This document shows positions 1 to 9,667 of a stretch of DNA of 64,000 nt, in pieces. The translations under genes and the position numbers were made by a program. The notes under the pieces were generated by a model. It worked only from the letters and a program-made list of their open reading frames with translations. It made no database searches and was not told the origin of the DNA. Origin of the DNA: Waddliaceae bacterium (GTDB lineage Bacteria; Chlamydiota; Chlamydiia; Chlamydiales; SLFE01). The number at the start of each line of letters is the position of its first letter. Within the stretch, counting starts at the first letter, position 1. Location of the stretch: assembly GCA_963771045.1 (NCBI GenBank), contig CAVYRW010000004.1, forward strand, positions 160,001-224,000, in the 5' to 3' direction.

Positions 1-105
1 GTGTCAAAGTCCGATGATAAAGAATTGCCTCATCTCGTGTCTTATGTCGGTGTCAACCCCTTGCAAGCAGCGTCAGGAACCGAAAGGTTGACAAAAGCCG
101 ATTAA
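1..105 (+). CDS. probable 3' end of an upstream gene (partial)
   Basis: Frame 1 is open from base 1 to TAA at 103-105 (VSKSDDKELPHLVSYVGVNPLQAASGTERLTKAD*), convergent with icd. Confidence 0.35.
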   Translation: MSKSDDKELPHLVSYVGVNPLQAASGTERLTKAD

Positions 106-1535
106 TATTCGCCTTGAGAATAGGCGGGTTTGCCGTTGTATTTATGCAAATGAATCGTTTGCGTGAAGTCGACGCTTGAGTCTGCAAGCCTCTTTTGCAG
201 ATCGATGATTTGATCGTGGGTAGCTGTGTTGCCTTTTGCTTTGAATCTGCAGCGCCAGTGGTCGACAGTGAGTGTTTCCGGCATGGGATCGGGCCACATT
301 TTCGCTCCCCGGTTGGTGATTAGGGTTAAGTTGAAGTCTTTCCCGGCCAGCATTTCCATCAGTCTTTGCAAATCGGCAACTGATTGATCCCACTTGATGT
401 ATATATCGACACCTACAAGCTCTTTATTGACATGCGGAGTCTCCAGAAGAGGTTTGGGTTTTACGGGTTTTTGCGGTTTTGCGGGTTTTAACGTTTCGGG
501 TTTCCGGCCAAGACGTTTGATGACGGCATCGCCAAATTCTTTGGTTCCGACTTTTTCCGTGCTCTTTTCCTCATTATAGATGTCATAGGTGTGGATGCCG
601 TCTTCCAGGGTTTTGAGCCAGGCGTTTTGGATGAGGGAGGCTGCCTCCCCTTGTTTTAAGTGATTGAGCATCATAATGGCGGCGAGAATAATTCCCGACG
701 GATTGGCTAGATTTTGCCCTGCTCTTCTAGGGGCGGATCCGTGAATGGCCTCGAACATGGCTTGCGAGAGGCCGATGTTGGCCGATCCCGCGAGGCCGAC
801 CGATCCGGCGATTTGCGCGGCGACGTCGGAGAGGATGTCTCCGTAGAGGTTCGGCATCACGACAACGTCGAAATTTTCGGGTGTATCGGCCAGTTTTGCC
901 GCTCCGATATCGATGATCCAATGCTCGTTTTCTATGTTGGGGTAATCTTTTGCGATTTCTTCAAATATATTGTGAAAAAGGCCGTCGCTGATTTTTAAAA
1001 TATTGTCTTTTGTAAAGCAGGTCACCTTCTGCCTGCCGTTGGCATCGGCATATTCAAAAGCATAGCGGATAATCCTTTCAGAGCCGCTTCGGGTGATGAG
1101 CTTGATCGCTTCTGTGGAGTCCGGAGTATTCTGATATTCGATGCCTGTGTAAAGATCCTCTTCATTTTCCCGAATCACGACGATATTCATGTCAGGGTGT
1201 TTATTTTCTATAATGGGGTAGTAGGAAACACACGGGCGTACATTGGCATAGAGGCTGAAAGCTCCTCTGATTGTCACATTCAGGCTTTCAAATCCTCCCC
1301 CTTGGGGGGTGGTGATGGGCGCTTTTAAAAATGCCTGGGTATTGCGCAGCACATCCCATGTTTCGGGCTCAATGCCCGTTTTGATGCCTCTCAGATAAAC
1401 TTCTTCGCCGATTTTCACTTCATGAATATCAAGATCGGCTCCGGATTCTTTTAAAATGTTTAGCGTCGCGTCCATAATTTCCGGACCGATGCCGTCCCCT
1501 CGAGCGACAGCGATACTTGCCTTATTTGATGCCAT
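102..1535 (-). CDS. icd: NADP-dependent isocitrate dehydrogenase
   Basis: GDGIGPEI, LKAPITTP, RENEEDLY, NLYGDILSD and FEAIHGSAP motifs; C-terminal extension of the Rickettsia/Thermus-type IDH. Confidence 0.93.
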   Translation of the reverse strand: MASNKASIAVARGDGIGPEIMDATLNILKESGADLDIHEVKIGEEVYLRGIKTGIEPETWDVLRNTQAFLKAPITTPQGGGFESLNVTIRGAFSLYANVRPCVSYYPIIENKHPDMNIVVIRENEEDLYTGIEYQNTPDSTEAIKLITRSGSERIIRYAFEYADANGRQKVTCFTKDNILKISDGLFHNIFEEIAKDYPNIENEHWIIDIGAAKLADTPENFDVVVMPNLYGDILSDVAAQIAGSVGLAGSANIGLSQAMFEAIHGSAPRRAGQNLANPSGIILAAIMMLNHLKQGEAASLIQNAWLKTLEDGIHTYDIYNEEKSTEKVGTKEFGDAVIKRLGRKPETLKPAKPQKPVKPKPLLETPHVNKELVGVDIYIKWDQSVADLQRLMEMLAGKDFNLTLITNRGAKMWPDPMPETLTVDHWRCRFKAKGNTATHDQIIDLQKRLADSSVDFTQTIHLHKYNGKPAYSQGEY

Positions 1536-1624
1536 AATTACCGACCTTGTGTATAATTCGCTTTAATTAAGGACTATCGTGCATTAAAGCAGCGATTTTT
1601 AGCAACCTGCACCGGAGCCTGGCG

Positions 1625-2581
1625 ATGTTAAAAGACCTTTTTCGAGAGCAGAAAGACGAAATTAACTATTTCTTTGAGCATGTTGATCTTGCGGCAGCAG
1701 AAGATCTTTTGAGCATGTTTTACAATTGCAGGGGGGTGATTTTTTTTACCGGTGTCGGCAAAAGCGGGTTTATCGCTCAAAAAATCGCCACGACGATGAC
1801 ATCTGTCAACGTCAAGTCGCTTTTTCTTTCTTCGGTCGATGCCCTGCATGGAGATATTGGGATCTTATCAAAAGACGATATTTTTGTTTTGCTCAGCCGA
1901 AGCGGCGAGAGCGATGAGCTTTTGCAGCTGGTTCCGTTTTTAAGAAACAAGGGGGTACGGCTTGCGGCTCTTGTCTGCGAGAAAAACAGCCGTCTTGGAA
2001 AAGCGTGCGATTTTGAAATGTTTCTGCCGATACAACAAGAAATTTGTCCTTTCGGCCTTATGCCGACAACCTCTTCGGCAGTACAAATGATTTTTTGCGA
2101 CATTCTCGCCACTGAACTTATGATTAAAAAACAATTAAAGATCGATGATTACCGATTGAATCATCCGGCGGGCCGCATCGGAAAAAGAATGACGCTTAAG
2201 GTCAAAGACCTCATGCTGACCGGGGACAGGATTCCCACATGCTCGCCGAATAATAAAATTATGGATACGCTCGTGAGTTTATCGAGCAGACAGTGCGGCT
2301 GCGTAATCGTTGTAGATGATGACGGAAAAATGCTCGGGATCTTTACCGATGGAGATCTAAGAAGAACTTTGCAGGACCTAGGGTCGGAAGCTTTGCAGCA
2401 GACGATACGGGAAGTTATGACAGAGCCTGCCAGGTGGACAACGGCCGACCGGCTTGTCTTCGATGCGATGAAACAAATGGAAGAAGACCAGAAGCATCCC
2501 ATTACGGTTCTTCCTGTACTCGAGGATAAAAAGCTTGTCGGTGTGATTAAGATTCACGATATCCTTCAATCAGGGGTTTAA
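1625..2581 (+). CDS. kdsD: arabinose-5-phosphate isomerase KpsF/GutQ (SIS + CBS pair)
   Basis: TGVGKSG, ALHGDIG, SRSGESDEL, PTTSS, HPAGRIG, GIFTDGDLRR. Confidence 0.93.
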   Translation: MLKDLFREQKDEINYFFEHVDLAAAEDLLSMFYNCRGVIFFTGVGKSGFIAQKIATTMTSVNVKSLFLSSVDALHGDIGILSKDDIFVLLSRSGESDELLQLVPFLRNKGVRLAALVCEKNSRLGKACDFEMFLPIQQEICPFGLMPTTSSAVQMIFCDILATELMIKKQLKIDDYRLNHPAGRIGKRMTLKVKDLMLTGDRIPTCSPNNKIMDTLVSLSSRQCGCVIVVDDDGKMLGIFTDGDLRRTLQDLGSEALQQTIREVMTEPARWTTADRLVFDAMKQMEEDQKHPITVLPVLEDKKLVGVIKIHDILQSGV

Positions 2582-2582
2582 T

Positions 2583-3695
2583 ATGATAATAGGTATGCCA
2601 AAAGAAGTAAAAGAGCTGGAATTTCGAGTCGGGCTGACACCCGCTTGCGTCGCAATATTGACAAGCGACGGCCATGAAGTCCTCTGCCAATCGGGAGCCG
2701 GAGAGCCCATTGGATTTACAGACGATCATTATCGCAAAGCGGGAGCGAAAATTGTCGCCACTCCCGAAGAAGTTTACCGGGCAGACATGGTCATCAAAGT
2801 GAAAGAGCCGATTGAAAGCGAATATCCCCTGATTAGGGAAGGGCAGATTTTGTTTTGCTATCTCCATCTGGCTCCTAATTTAGCTTTGACGGAGAAACTT
2901 GTTGAAAGCGGATGTGTCGCCATCGCCTATGAAACTGTGACCGACAAGCAAGGACGCCTTCCCCTCCTTGTACCCATGAGCGAAATCGCCGGACGGGTCG
3001 GCGTGCAGGAGGGAGCCCATGCTCTTCAGATGATCGGCGGGGGCAAAGGGGTGCTTCTCGGGGGAGCGCCCGGAGTCCTTCCTGGCAAAGTTGTTGTGAT
3101 TGGAGGGGGTGCGGCCGGTACTGAAGCCGCGCGGATCGCCATTGGAATGGGCGCCGACGCCACTATCCTCGACAACAACCTCGCCCGTCTTAAAGAGCTC
3201 GAGCTGAGCTACTCTCCCATGCTCAAAACCCTGTATTCCAATCCTGTTTCGGTCGCCGACTCAATCGCCGAGGCCGATCTTGTGATCGGAGCGGTGCTGA
3301 TTCCCGGAAAGACGGCTCCCAAACTGATCACCAAGGAGATGCTGAAGCGGATGGATCCGGGGTCGGTTATTGTCGATATCGCCATTGATCAGGGCGGATG
3401 CGCCGAGACATCCCGGCCGACGACCCATACCCGGCCGACTTACATTGAGGAAGGCGTGGTCCATTACTGCGTGACCAATATGCCCGCAGCCTGTTCGAGG
3501 ACATCATCCTTGGCTCTGACAAATGCCACCCTCAAATATGCCCGCGATTTAGCTAAATTCGGCTATAGAAAAGCCCTCAAATCGGATCCCGGTTTAAGAA
3601 ACGGACTCAATGTTTGCAAAGGACATGTCACCAATGAACATGTTGCAGGCGATTTGGGCTTCGACTTCAAACCCCCAATAGAGGCTTTGACATGA
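2583..3695 (+). CDS. ald: alanine dehydrogenase
   Basis: MIIGMPKEVK, KVKEP, YLHLA, PMSEIAGR, AIDQGGCAETS, HYCVTNMP. Confidence 0.96.
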   Translation: MIIGMPKEVKELEFRVGLTPACVAILTSDGHEVLCQSGAGEPIGFTDDHYRKAGAKIVATPEEVYRADMVIKVKEPIESEYPLIREGQILFCYLHLAPNLALTEKLVESGCVAIAYETVTDKQGRLPLLVPMSEIAGRVGVQEGAHALQMIGGGKGVLLGGAPGVLPGKVVVIGGGAAGTEAARIAIGMGADATILDNNLARLKELELSYSPMLKTLYSNPVSVADSIAEADLVIGAVLIPGKTAPKLITKEMLKRMDPGSVIVDIAIDQGGCAETSRPTTHTRPTYIEEGVVHYCVTNMPAACSRTSSLALTNATLKYARDLAKFGYRKALKSDPGLRNGLNVCKGHVTNEHVAGDLGFDFKPPIEALT

Positions 3696-4447
3696 TTTTA
3701 GGCAGGGCAACGCAATATTTGCAAACCTACTCGCCGGATATCTTGTATCCTGTTCCCCGCTCCCTTCAGCGCGAGAATCTCAGAGTCATTGCCCCGGGCG
3801 GCTTTGATTTGTGGAGAGGGTGGGAGCTGTCGTGGCTGGATCCCAAAGGAAAGCCCGCCATACGTCTGCCGAGTTTTATTTTCCCCTCGAAACGCCGAAT
3901 ATTGTGGAATCAAAATCATTCAAATTTTATTTGAATTCTTTTAATCAGACCACTTTTGAAACTCCCGAAATTGTCCGCAAGACAATGGAAAGGGACCTTT
4001 CCCGCTCTGCCCGGAGGGCCTGTGGAAATTAAATTTTTTCCCCCAGAAGGGCCTCAGCCGTCTCTTCCTTTTAAGTTGCCTGGAATCTGCCTCGATAGCC
4101 TCGATATCGAGATAGATGCATACAACATTGATTCCGGTTTGCTCAAGACAACCCCTGAATTGGGAGAAGAAACCCTCTATAGCCATTTATTAAAATCCAA
4201 TTGCCTGGCGACCGGCCAGCCTGACTGGGGAATCTTTTTTATCCGCTACAGAGGACTTAAAATTGACCATGCATCTCTTCTCAAGTACATCGTCTCTTAC
4301 AGAAATCATTCGGGGTTTGCCGAACATTGCGTCGAGAGGATGTACAGCGACATAATGGCTAAATGCCGCCCGGAAAGGCTCTTTCTGTCAACCGCATACA
4401 CAAGGCGCGGCGGCCTTGACATCAACCCCGTTCGATCCAGTTGCTGA
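3692..4447 (+). CDS. queF: NADPH-dependent preQ0 reductase QueF (type II), split by 2 frameshifts
   Basis: Pieces in three frames: [11 protein letters not shown]...GKP / [18 protein letters not shown] / [14 protein letters not shown]...FAEHCVE...[14 protein letters not shown]. Confidence 0.88.
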
Positions 4448-4522
4448 TTTTAATGAAAGTTCCCTTAGATCATAAGGAAAGTGTTGTCCCTCTGTAGCAA
4501 CCAACTTAATGTTAATTATTTA

Positions 4523-4615
4523 TTTACCACGGAGCTCTCAGAGAGAGGTTTCTGTTTTATAATTTGTTTTAAAACCCAAATCATCCTCTGTGATTTCTGG
4601 GGGCTCCGTAGTGAA
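4523..4615. repeat. imperfect inverted-repeat (MITE/REP-like) element of the ACCACRGAG family
   Basis: TTTACCACGGAGCTCTCAGAGAGAGG ... CCTCTGTGATTTCTGGGGGCTCCGTAGTGAA around an AT-rich core; resembles the sub-terminal repeats of the element at 21687-23250. Confidence 0.6.
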
Positions 4616-4714
4616 AAATTCCGGCGGGAACTCTCTGTGAGGAATTCATATTCGTATTTGTGCTATAATATTGGAGTTGCTGTGAAACTTTGTATTTTCA
4701 GACTGGTGGGGGTT

Positions 4715-5146
4715 ATGAGAGCTGTTTGTGCTGTGCGAAGGGGGGCCGAGATTGCCTCAAAACCTTTTGTATTCGGAGCAAAATTGGGGTATCGGGGGGT
4801 CAGCGGGTTTATTGAGCATTCGAGACCGCGAAATAAATGGGTTTGGGGGGCTTGCGTTGCGGCCGGAATCTGGGCCCATCGGATGACTGAGGTCTACGCG
4901 CCTAAATTTATTGCCGATATCATTGTAGCGCACACCGTCAGCAACTGGGGGTCGTTTTTGGGAACGATATATGGAGCGTATATCCTTGCTCCCGGGTTGA
5001 TTCCGTCAATCGTCCCTTTTGCGGCTTACGGCGCCGGGGTTTTGGGCGGGCTGGCGGCTGTGCTGGCCATCAACACCATTTGCCTGTTAATTTTAAGAAA
5101 ACCATCAAGAAAAAATGATGCTGCCAAAACGTTTAAAAGCTTATGA
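4715..5146 (+). CDS. hypothetical membrane protein
   Basis: Gly/Ala-rich hydrophobic segments; ATG 4715 preferred because the upstream in-frame extension runs through the repeat element. Confidence 0.55.
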   Translation: MRAVCAVRRGAEIASKPFVFGAKLGYRGVSGFIEHSRPRNKWVWGACVAAGIWAHRMTEVYAPKFIADIIVAHTVSNWGSFLGTIYGAYILAPGLIPSIVPFAAYGAGVLGGLAAVLAINTICLLILRKPSRKNDAAKTFKSL

Positions 5147-8100
5147 GGAAAAGGCCAAGCTCCTTCTGGAAAAGGGGGCTGTGGGGGAAATCGAATTTTC
5201 CGAAGGGACCTATCAAATCCAGATTGCCGAAAAAGACGGAATGGAAGAAAGAGTGGACTTTTCTGCAATTGGATCCCCAGGGCCGGATTCTCGACTGTTT
5301 TTGCACTTGCGATGAGCAGGGCGAGGGACTGTCATGCGTTCATTTGGCCGCGGCTTATTTAAGAGTTTTCAATCAGGGCAAATATCCCCTTCACCTTCGT
5401 TTTACCCAATCTCTTGTGGAATATCCTTTGTCAAATTTTTGCCGAACGTTTAGGTGAATCGGCCATCGATATTAAAGGAACTGAAAAAGAACAGATTCGG
5501 TTTCGAGTCGCCGTCTGGAAAAGTGATCGTCGAGATAGAAGGATTGAACGCCCGGGGCAAGGAGTGGCTAAGAGGCATCATCGACGATTGGGAGCCCGCA
5601 ACAGAAGAAACATCGATCAAATTTTCCCACTTGTCTGCTGAAGAAATGGCTCTTTGGCATGAGGGAAGGCCCAGTAAACACCTTCAATACGAACTTTCTT
5701 TCTGGAGCGATATCGCCAAAAAAATGTTTCTTTTGCAGGATGAAAACAGCCCCTACTCTCTCAGGTTCCACTATAGCGAAAAAAAACTGCCCGATTGGAT
5801 TGAGGCCTCTTTTAAAGATTTTAAAATAGGATTTTATCTCTCGGAAGCAAACCTTCCCTTAGTCATTTCTGCACTTGCGGCTGTTGCCTCTCCTTTGAAA
5901 GTTTATGGGATCGAACAGGAAGAGACGGTTGAACTCCACTTTAACCGGGAAGAAGGGACAATGGATGTTCGCTTGAAGAAGCCCTCCCGGTCAAAAGTTG
6001 AGGTTCCCCAGGCAGAGGAAGGAATCGTAGTCGGCGACTGGCTTTTTGTTCCGGAAGACGGCTTTTACGCTTTGGCAAAAACGGGTTTGTTTTCGGAGTC
6101 AAAGCTTGGGAAAGAGCAGATTGAAGAGCTGCTTGCGCGGCACTTTCAGACAGTTCAATCGCATATTGTCGGAGAGAAAATATCCAAAGAATTCGTTCAG
6201 CCTTTTTATGAGCTGTTTTTCGATTCTTCCTACAATCTGCACATAAGGGCCTATATTTTCGAACCCGGAGATCTGGGAAGCCCTGAGGCGCACATATTCG
6301 GAGACTGGCTTTACCTACCCGCAAAAGGATTCATGCATTTTGAAGGGCTTCGTTTTTCGGATATTGAAACAGTTGTTCCCGCCGATAAAATCAACAATTT
6401 TATTTCCAAGAATCGTTATTGGCTGAATGAACAGCCGGGTTTTGAGACTCATCAGGTCAATATTGAGGCGCAGCTTGTTTATGAACTCGACGATGGAGAT
6501 TACCTGCACTTTTCGAGCCGGGCCGTCAGGGAAGAGGGACTTGAGGGAGAGGTGGATTTCGGACAATGGATTTATATCCCCGATGAGGGATTTTATCAGA
6601 AATCGACCGCTCAAATTGGACTTCCGGTGAGGCCCGGCGTGATGATCAAGCCCGGCCAGGTGCCTCTTTTTATCAAAGCAAACAGCGATGAACTGGCGAT
6701 GGTGCCGGGATTTTTTAGCCGGAAATGTCCGATAAAAACATCCGGTTTGTCGGCTCGGATCAATGAACTTGGCAATATTGTTATTGAATTGATTCATGAG
6801 AGGCATCCGGACTATAAAAATGTCGATCTGAAGTTTTTTGATGATTATGTGTTTGTTCCGCATGAGGGGTTTCACAAACTCCCCATCGATCCGAGAATTC
6901 CGGAACAGTATCATACATCTTTGGAAATGAATCCTGAAAGAGAAGCCTTGTTTCTGGCTTATGAGATCGATCAGTTGAAGCCTTTTATCGTCGACCTTGA
7001 CCCAAGGCTTGAAAAAGATATTGACCCGAAGTTGGTTTTTCAAAATCTTGCGGAAGAAGATGATGGCGTGTCTGTCAAAATGATTTACCGGACGCGCATC
7101 GGAGAGGCGGACGTCCGCCTGCTGCTTCAAGCTGTCTTGAGAAAAGAGCGTTTTGTCAAAACAGATGGAGGACTCTTCGATCTGAAGCAGGATCGTTTCG
7201 GCTGGCTCTATCAGGTTGGTAAAAAAGCTTTGGGAAGCGAGAGAAAAGGCTTAAGCCTGAAAACGATTGATTTGCTCAGGCTTTTGGCTTTCGAGAGTGT
7301 TGAAATTCCTCCTGGAAAAGGAAAAAAGGCGAAAGCCGTACGCAATCATCTGGAAAATCTGCTTGAGTTTAGAACTCCATCCAAGCCTTTGCCAGAAGGG
7401 TTTTACGCTCATCTTCGTCCTTACCAGCAAACGGGTCTTGAATGGCTTTGGTTTCTTTATCATCAACATTTGTCCGGCCTTCTTTGTGACGACATGGGCC
7501 TTGGAAAAACACTGCAGGCCATGGCTTTGATCGCTTCGGTAAAGAACATCAAAAAAACCAGGACTCATTTTCTGGTCTTATGTCCAACTTCGGTCATCTA
7601 CCACTGGCAGGATAAGTTTCGAGAGTTTCTTCCCGGATGCAAAGTCTTTACCTTTTACGGCGCCAAGAGAAGTCTGGAAGGATTTCGTGAAGAATATGAC
7701 GTTCTTCTTACCTCTTATGGCATTTGGAGACGGGAAAAGGAGCTTCTCAGTCAAATTAATTTTGAGATTGCCATTTTGGATGAAATTCAGATGGCAAAGA
7801 ATTACCGGAGCAAACTGCATGCCTCGCTGCTTTCTCTTAAGGCCCGCATGCGGGTGGGTTTGACCGGCACACCTATTGAAAATTATCTCAGGGAACTCAA
7901 GTCGATTTTCGATATTGTGCTGCCCACCTATATGCCGGGGGCTACCGATTTCCGTGAATTCTTTATCCTCCCCATTGAAAAAAATCAAGACGAGAAGAGG
8001 AGGCGGCTGCTTTCCCGTTTCATCCGTCCTTTTATCTTAAGAAGAAGAAAAGAGGACGTGTTAACCGATCTTCCCGAAAAGATTGAAGAAATTGCCTACT

Positions 8101-8855
8101 GCCCTCTATTGCCTCAGCAGCAGCAGCTTTACCGGGAAACACTGGAGCAGTCGCGCTCGGCTATTTTGCGGGAGATGGGCGAAGAGGGAAGCCGGGTTCC
8201 TTACCTGCATGTTTTTGCCCTTCTGGCCAGGCTGAAACAAATTTGCAACCATCCTGCCGTCTATTATCAAAATCCGGAAAACTATGAACAATATCAGTCC
8301 GGGAAGTGGGAGCGTTTTGTCGAGCTCATCGAAGAGGTGCTGGGCGGCGGTCAGAAAATGGTTGTTTTTTCCCAATACTTATTCCAGCTCGATATTATTG
8401 AGGACTTTCTGAAAGCAAAAGGGATTGGATTTGCCGGCATACGGGGTGCGACGGTAAAGCGGGGAGAGGAGGTCAAACGTTTTCAGGAAGACTCAAATTG
8501 CGCAGTGTTTGTCGCCTCGTTACAGGCAGCCGGGTTGGGCATAGATCTGACAGCGGCTTCGGTTGTGATTCATTACGACCGCTGGTGGAATGCCGCCAGG
8601 GAAAATCAAGCGACAGACCGGGTTCACCGTATCGGCCAGCTGCGGGGAGTGCAGGTTTTTAAATTTGTGACCCGCGGAACGTTTGAAGAAAAAATCCACA
8701 AAATGATTGTGAGGAAAGGGCGTTTGATGGAAGATGTCGTCGGTGTCGATGACCAGGAAATAATCAAAAGATTGAGCCGCGATGAGATTCTGGAATTACT
8801 CAAAGATGTTGAAATCGGCAAAGAAGATCAGATGGATGTGATTCGGGATGAGTAG
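5115..8855 (+). CDS. SWIM zinc finger / SNF2-family helicase, N-terminus broken by about 3 frameshifts
   Basis: SWIM CxC...CxH (CFCTC...SCVHLAA); helicase motifs LRPYQ, CDDMGLGKT, LDEIQ, LTGTPIEN, WWNAARENQATDRVHRIGQ. Confidence 0.9.
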
Positions 8856-8935
8856 AAAAGTTTTGATCAAGGAGGGAATGGCTTTGGCTCTGGCAGACTG
8901 CTTTGCCTTAGCTTTGTAATTCTCTCAAAAAATAG

Positions 8936-9502
8936 TTACTCGATTCTGCCTAGGGAAAAATAATCCATCCAGTCCTGGCGGGTTTCATCATCGATCTTTG
9001 GAGATTTTTCCGTATAGACAAGGGTGTGGATTCCTTTGCCGGATTTGATGAGGCGAACAAGATGGGTTTGCGCCGGAATCCGATAGTGCCCCTGCGGGAT
9101 GGACCACTCATAAACCGCTTCGTTGTCTCCGGTTTTATGGAGAGTCCAGGTGACATAGGAATGGCGGTGGGCGTCGAACACTTGGTTTTTTGTTATTTCC
9201 AAAAGTTTGGGAATGGTATGCGCGGTGTCGGAGGAAAAGGTAATGTTGATCATCTGCTCCCAGCCTCTTAAGATTTGATCGTCTGGAATGTATTCGCAAA
9301 CGGCGTAGGAATTGTCAGGGTGCGCAGACTGGTGAACGCGCTTCCACTTAACCCCTTCTTCTTTAGGAAGGTATAAAACGACGGTTTCGGGAAATCTCTC
9401 TTTTTTCCTCAGGCTGAGCTGATGCTTTTCCCAATGGGCGCTCAAAGGTGAAAGAATAAGCAGGAAAACTATAGAAGCTGTGATATATCTCATGTGAAAC
9501 AT
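8936..9502 (-). CDS. exported hypothetical protein
   Basis: 188-aa ORF with N-terminal signal peptide (…LSPLSA). Confidence 0.7.
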   Translation of the reverse strand: MFHMRYITASIVFLLILSPLSAHWEKHQLSLRKKERFPETVVLYLPKEEGVKWKRVHQSAHPDNSYAVCEYIPDDQILRGWEQMINITFSSDTAHTIPKLLEITKNQVFDAHRHSYVTWTLHKTGDNEAVYEWSIPQGHYRIPAQTHLVRLIKSGKGIHTLVYTEKSPKIDDETRQDWMDYFSLGRIE

Positions 9503-9667
9503 AATAACTCATGAGGCAATTTTTGACAAAATAAGAAAGAATTGCGGCATTGTGAGTGATGAAAGCCTTGTTTTAGCATTGGTTTATCTCTTGAGTCATC
9601 CCTAGGGGACGTCCTCAAAATCGCAGAATATAAATAAATCAATCGGCTGTGGTAAAACAAAACTTAG

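Noticed and set aside
51..93. TGTCAACC...GGTTGACA hairpin resembling the stem of the 16-kb element
   Set aside because: It lacks the TTTA-loop end hairpin and lies inside an open frame running to base 105; probably chance or a terminator-like structure.
4481..4714. N-terminal extension of the 4481-5146 ORF
   Set aside because: It runs through the inverted-repeat element and looks non-coding; ATG 4715 is more plausible.
6315..7130. 271-aa antisense ORF within the SNF2 gene, and similar shadow ORFs in der, tsf and frr
   Set aside because: No recognisable motifs, and each fully overlaps a well-supported gene on the opposite strand.
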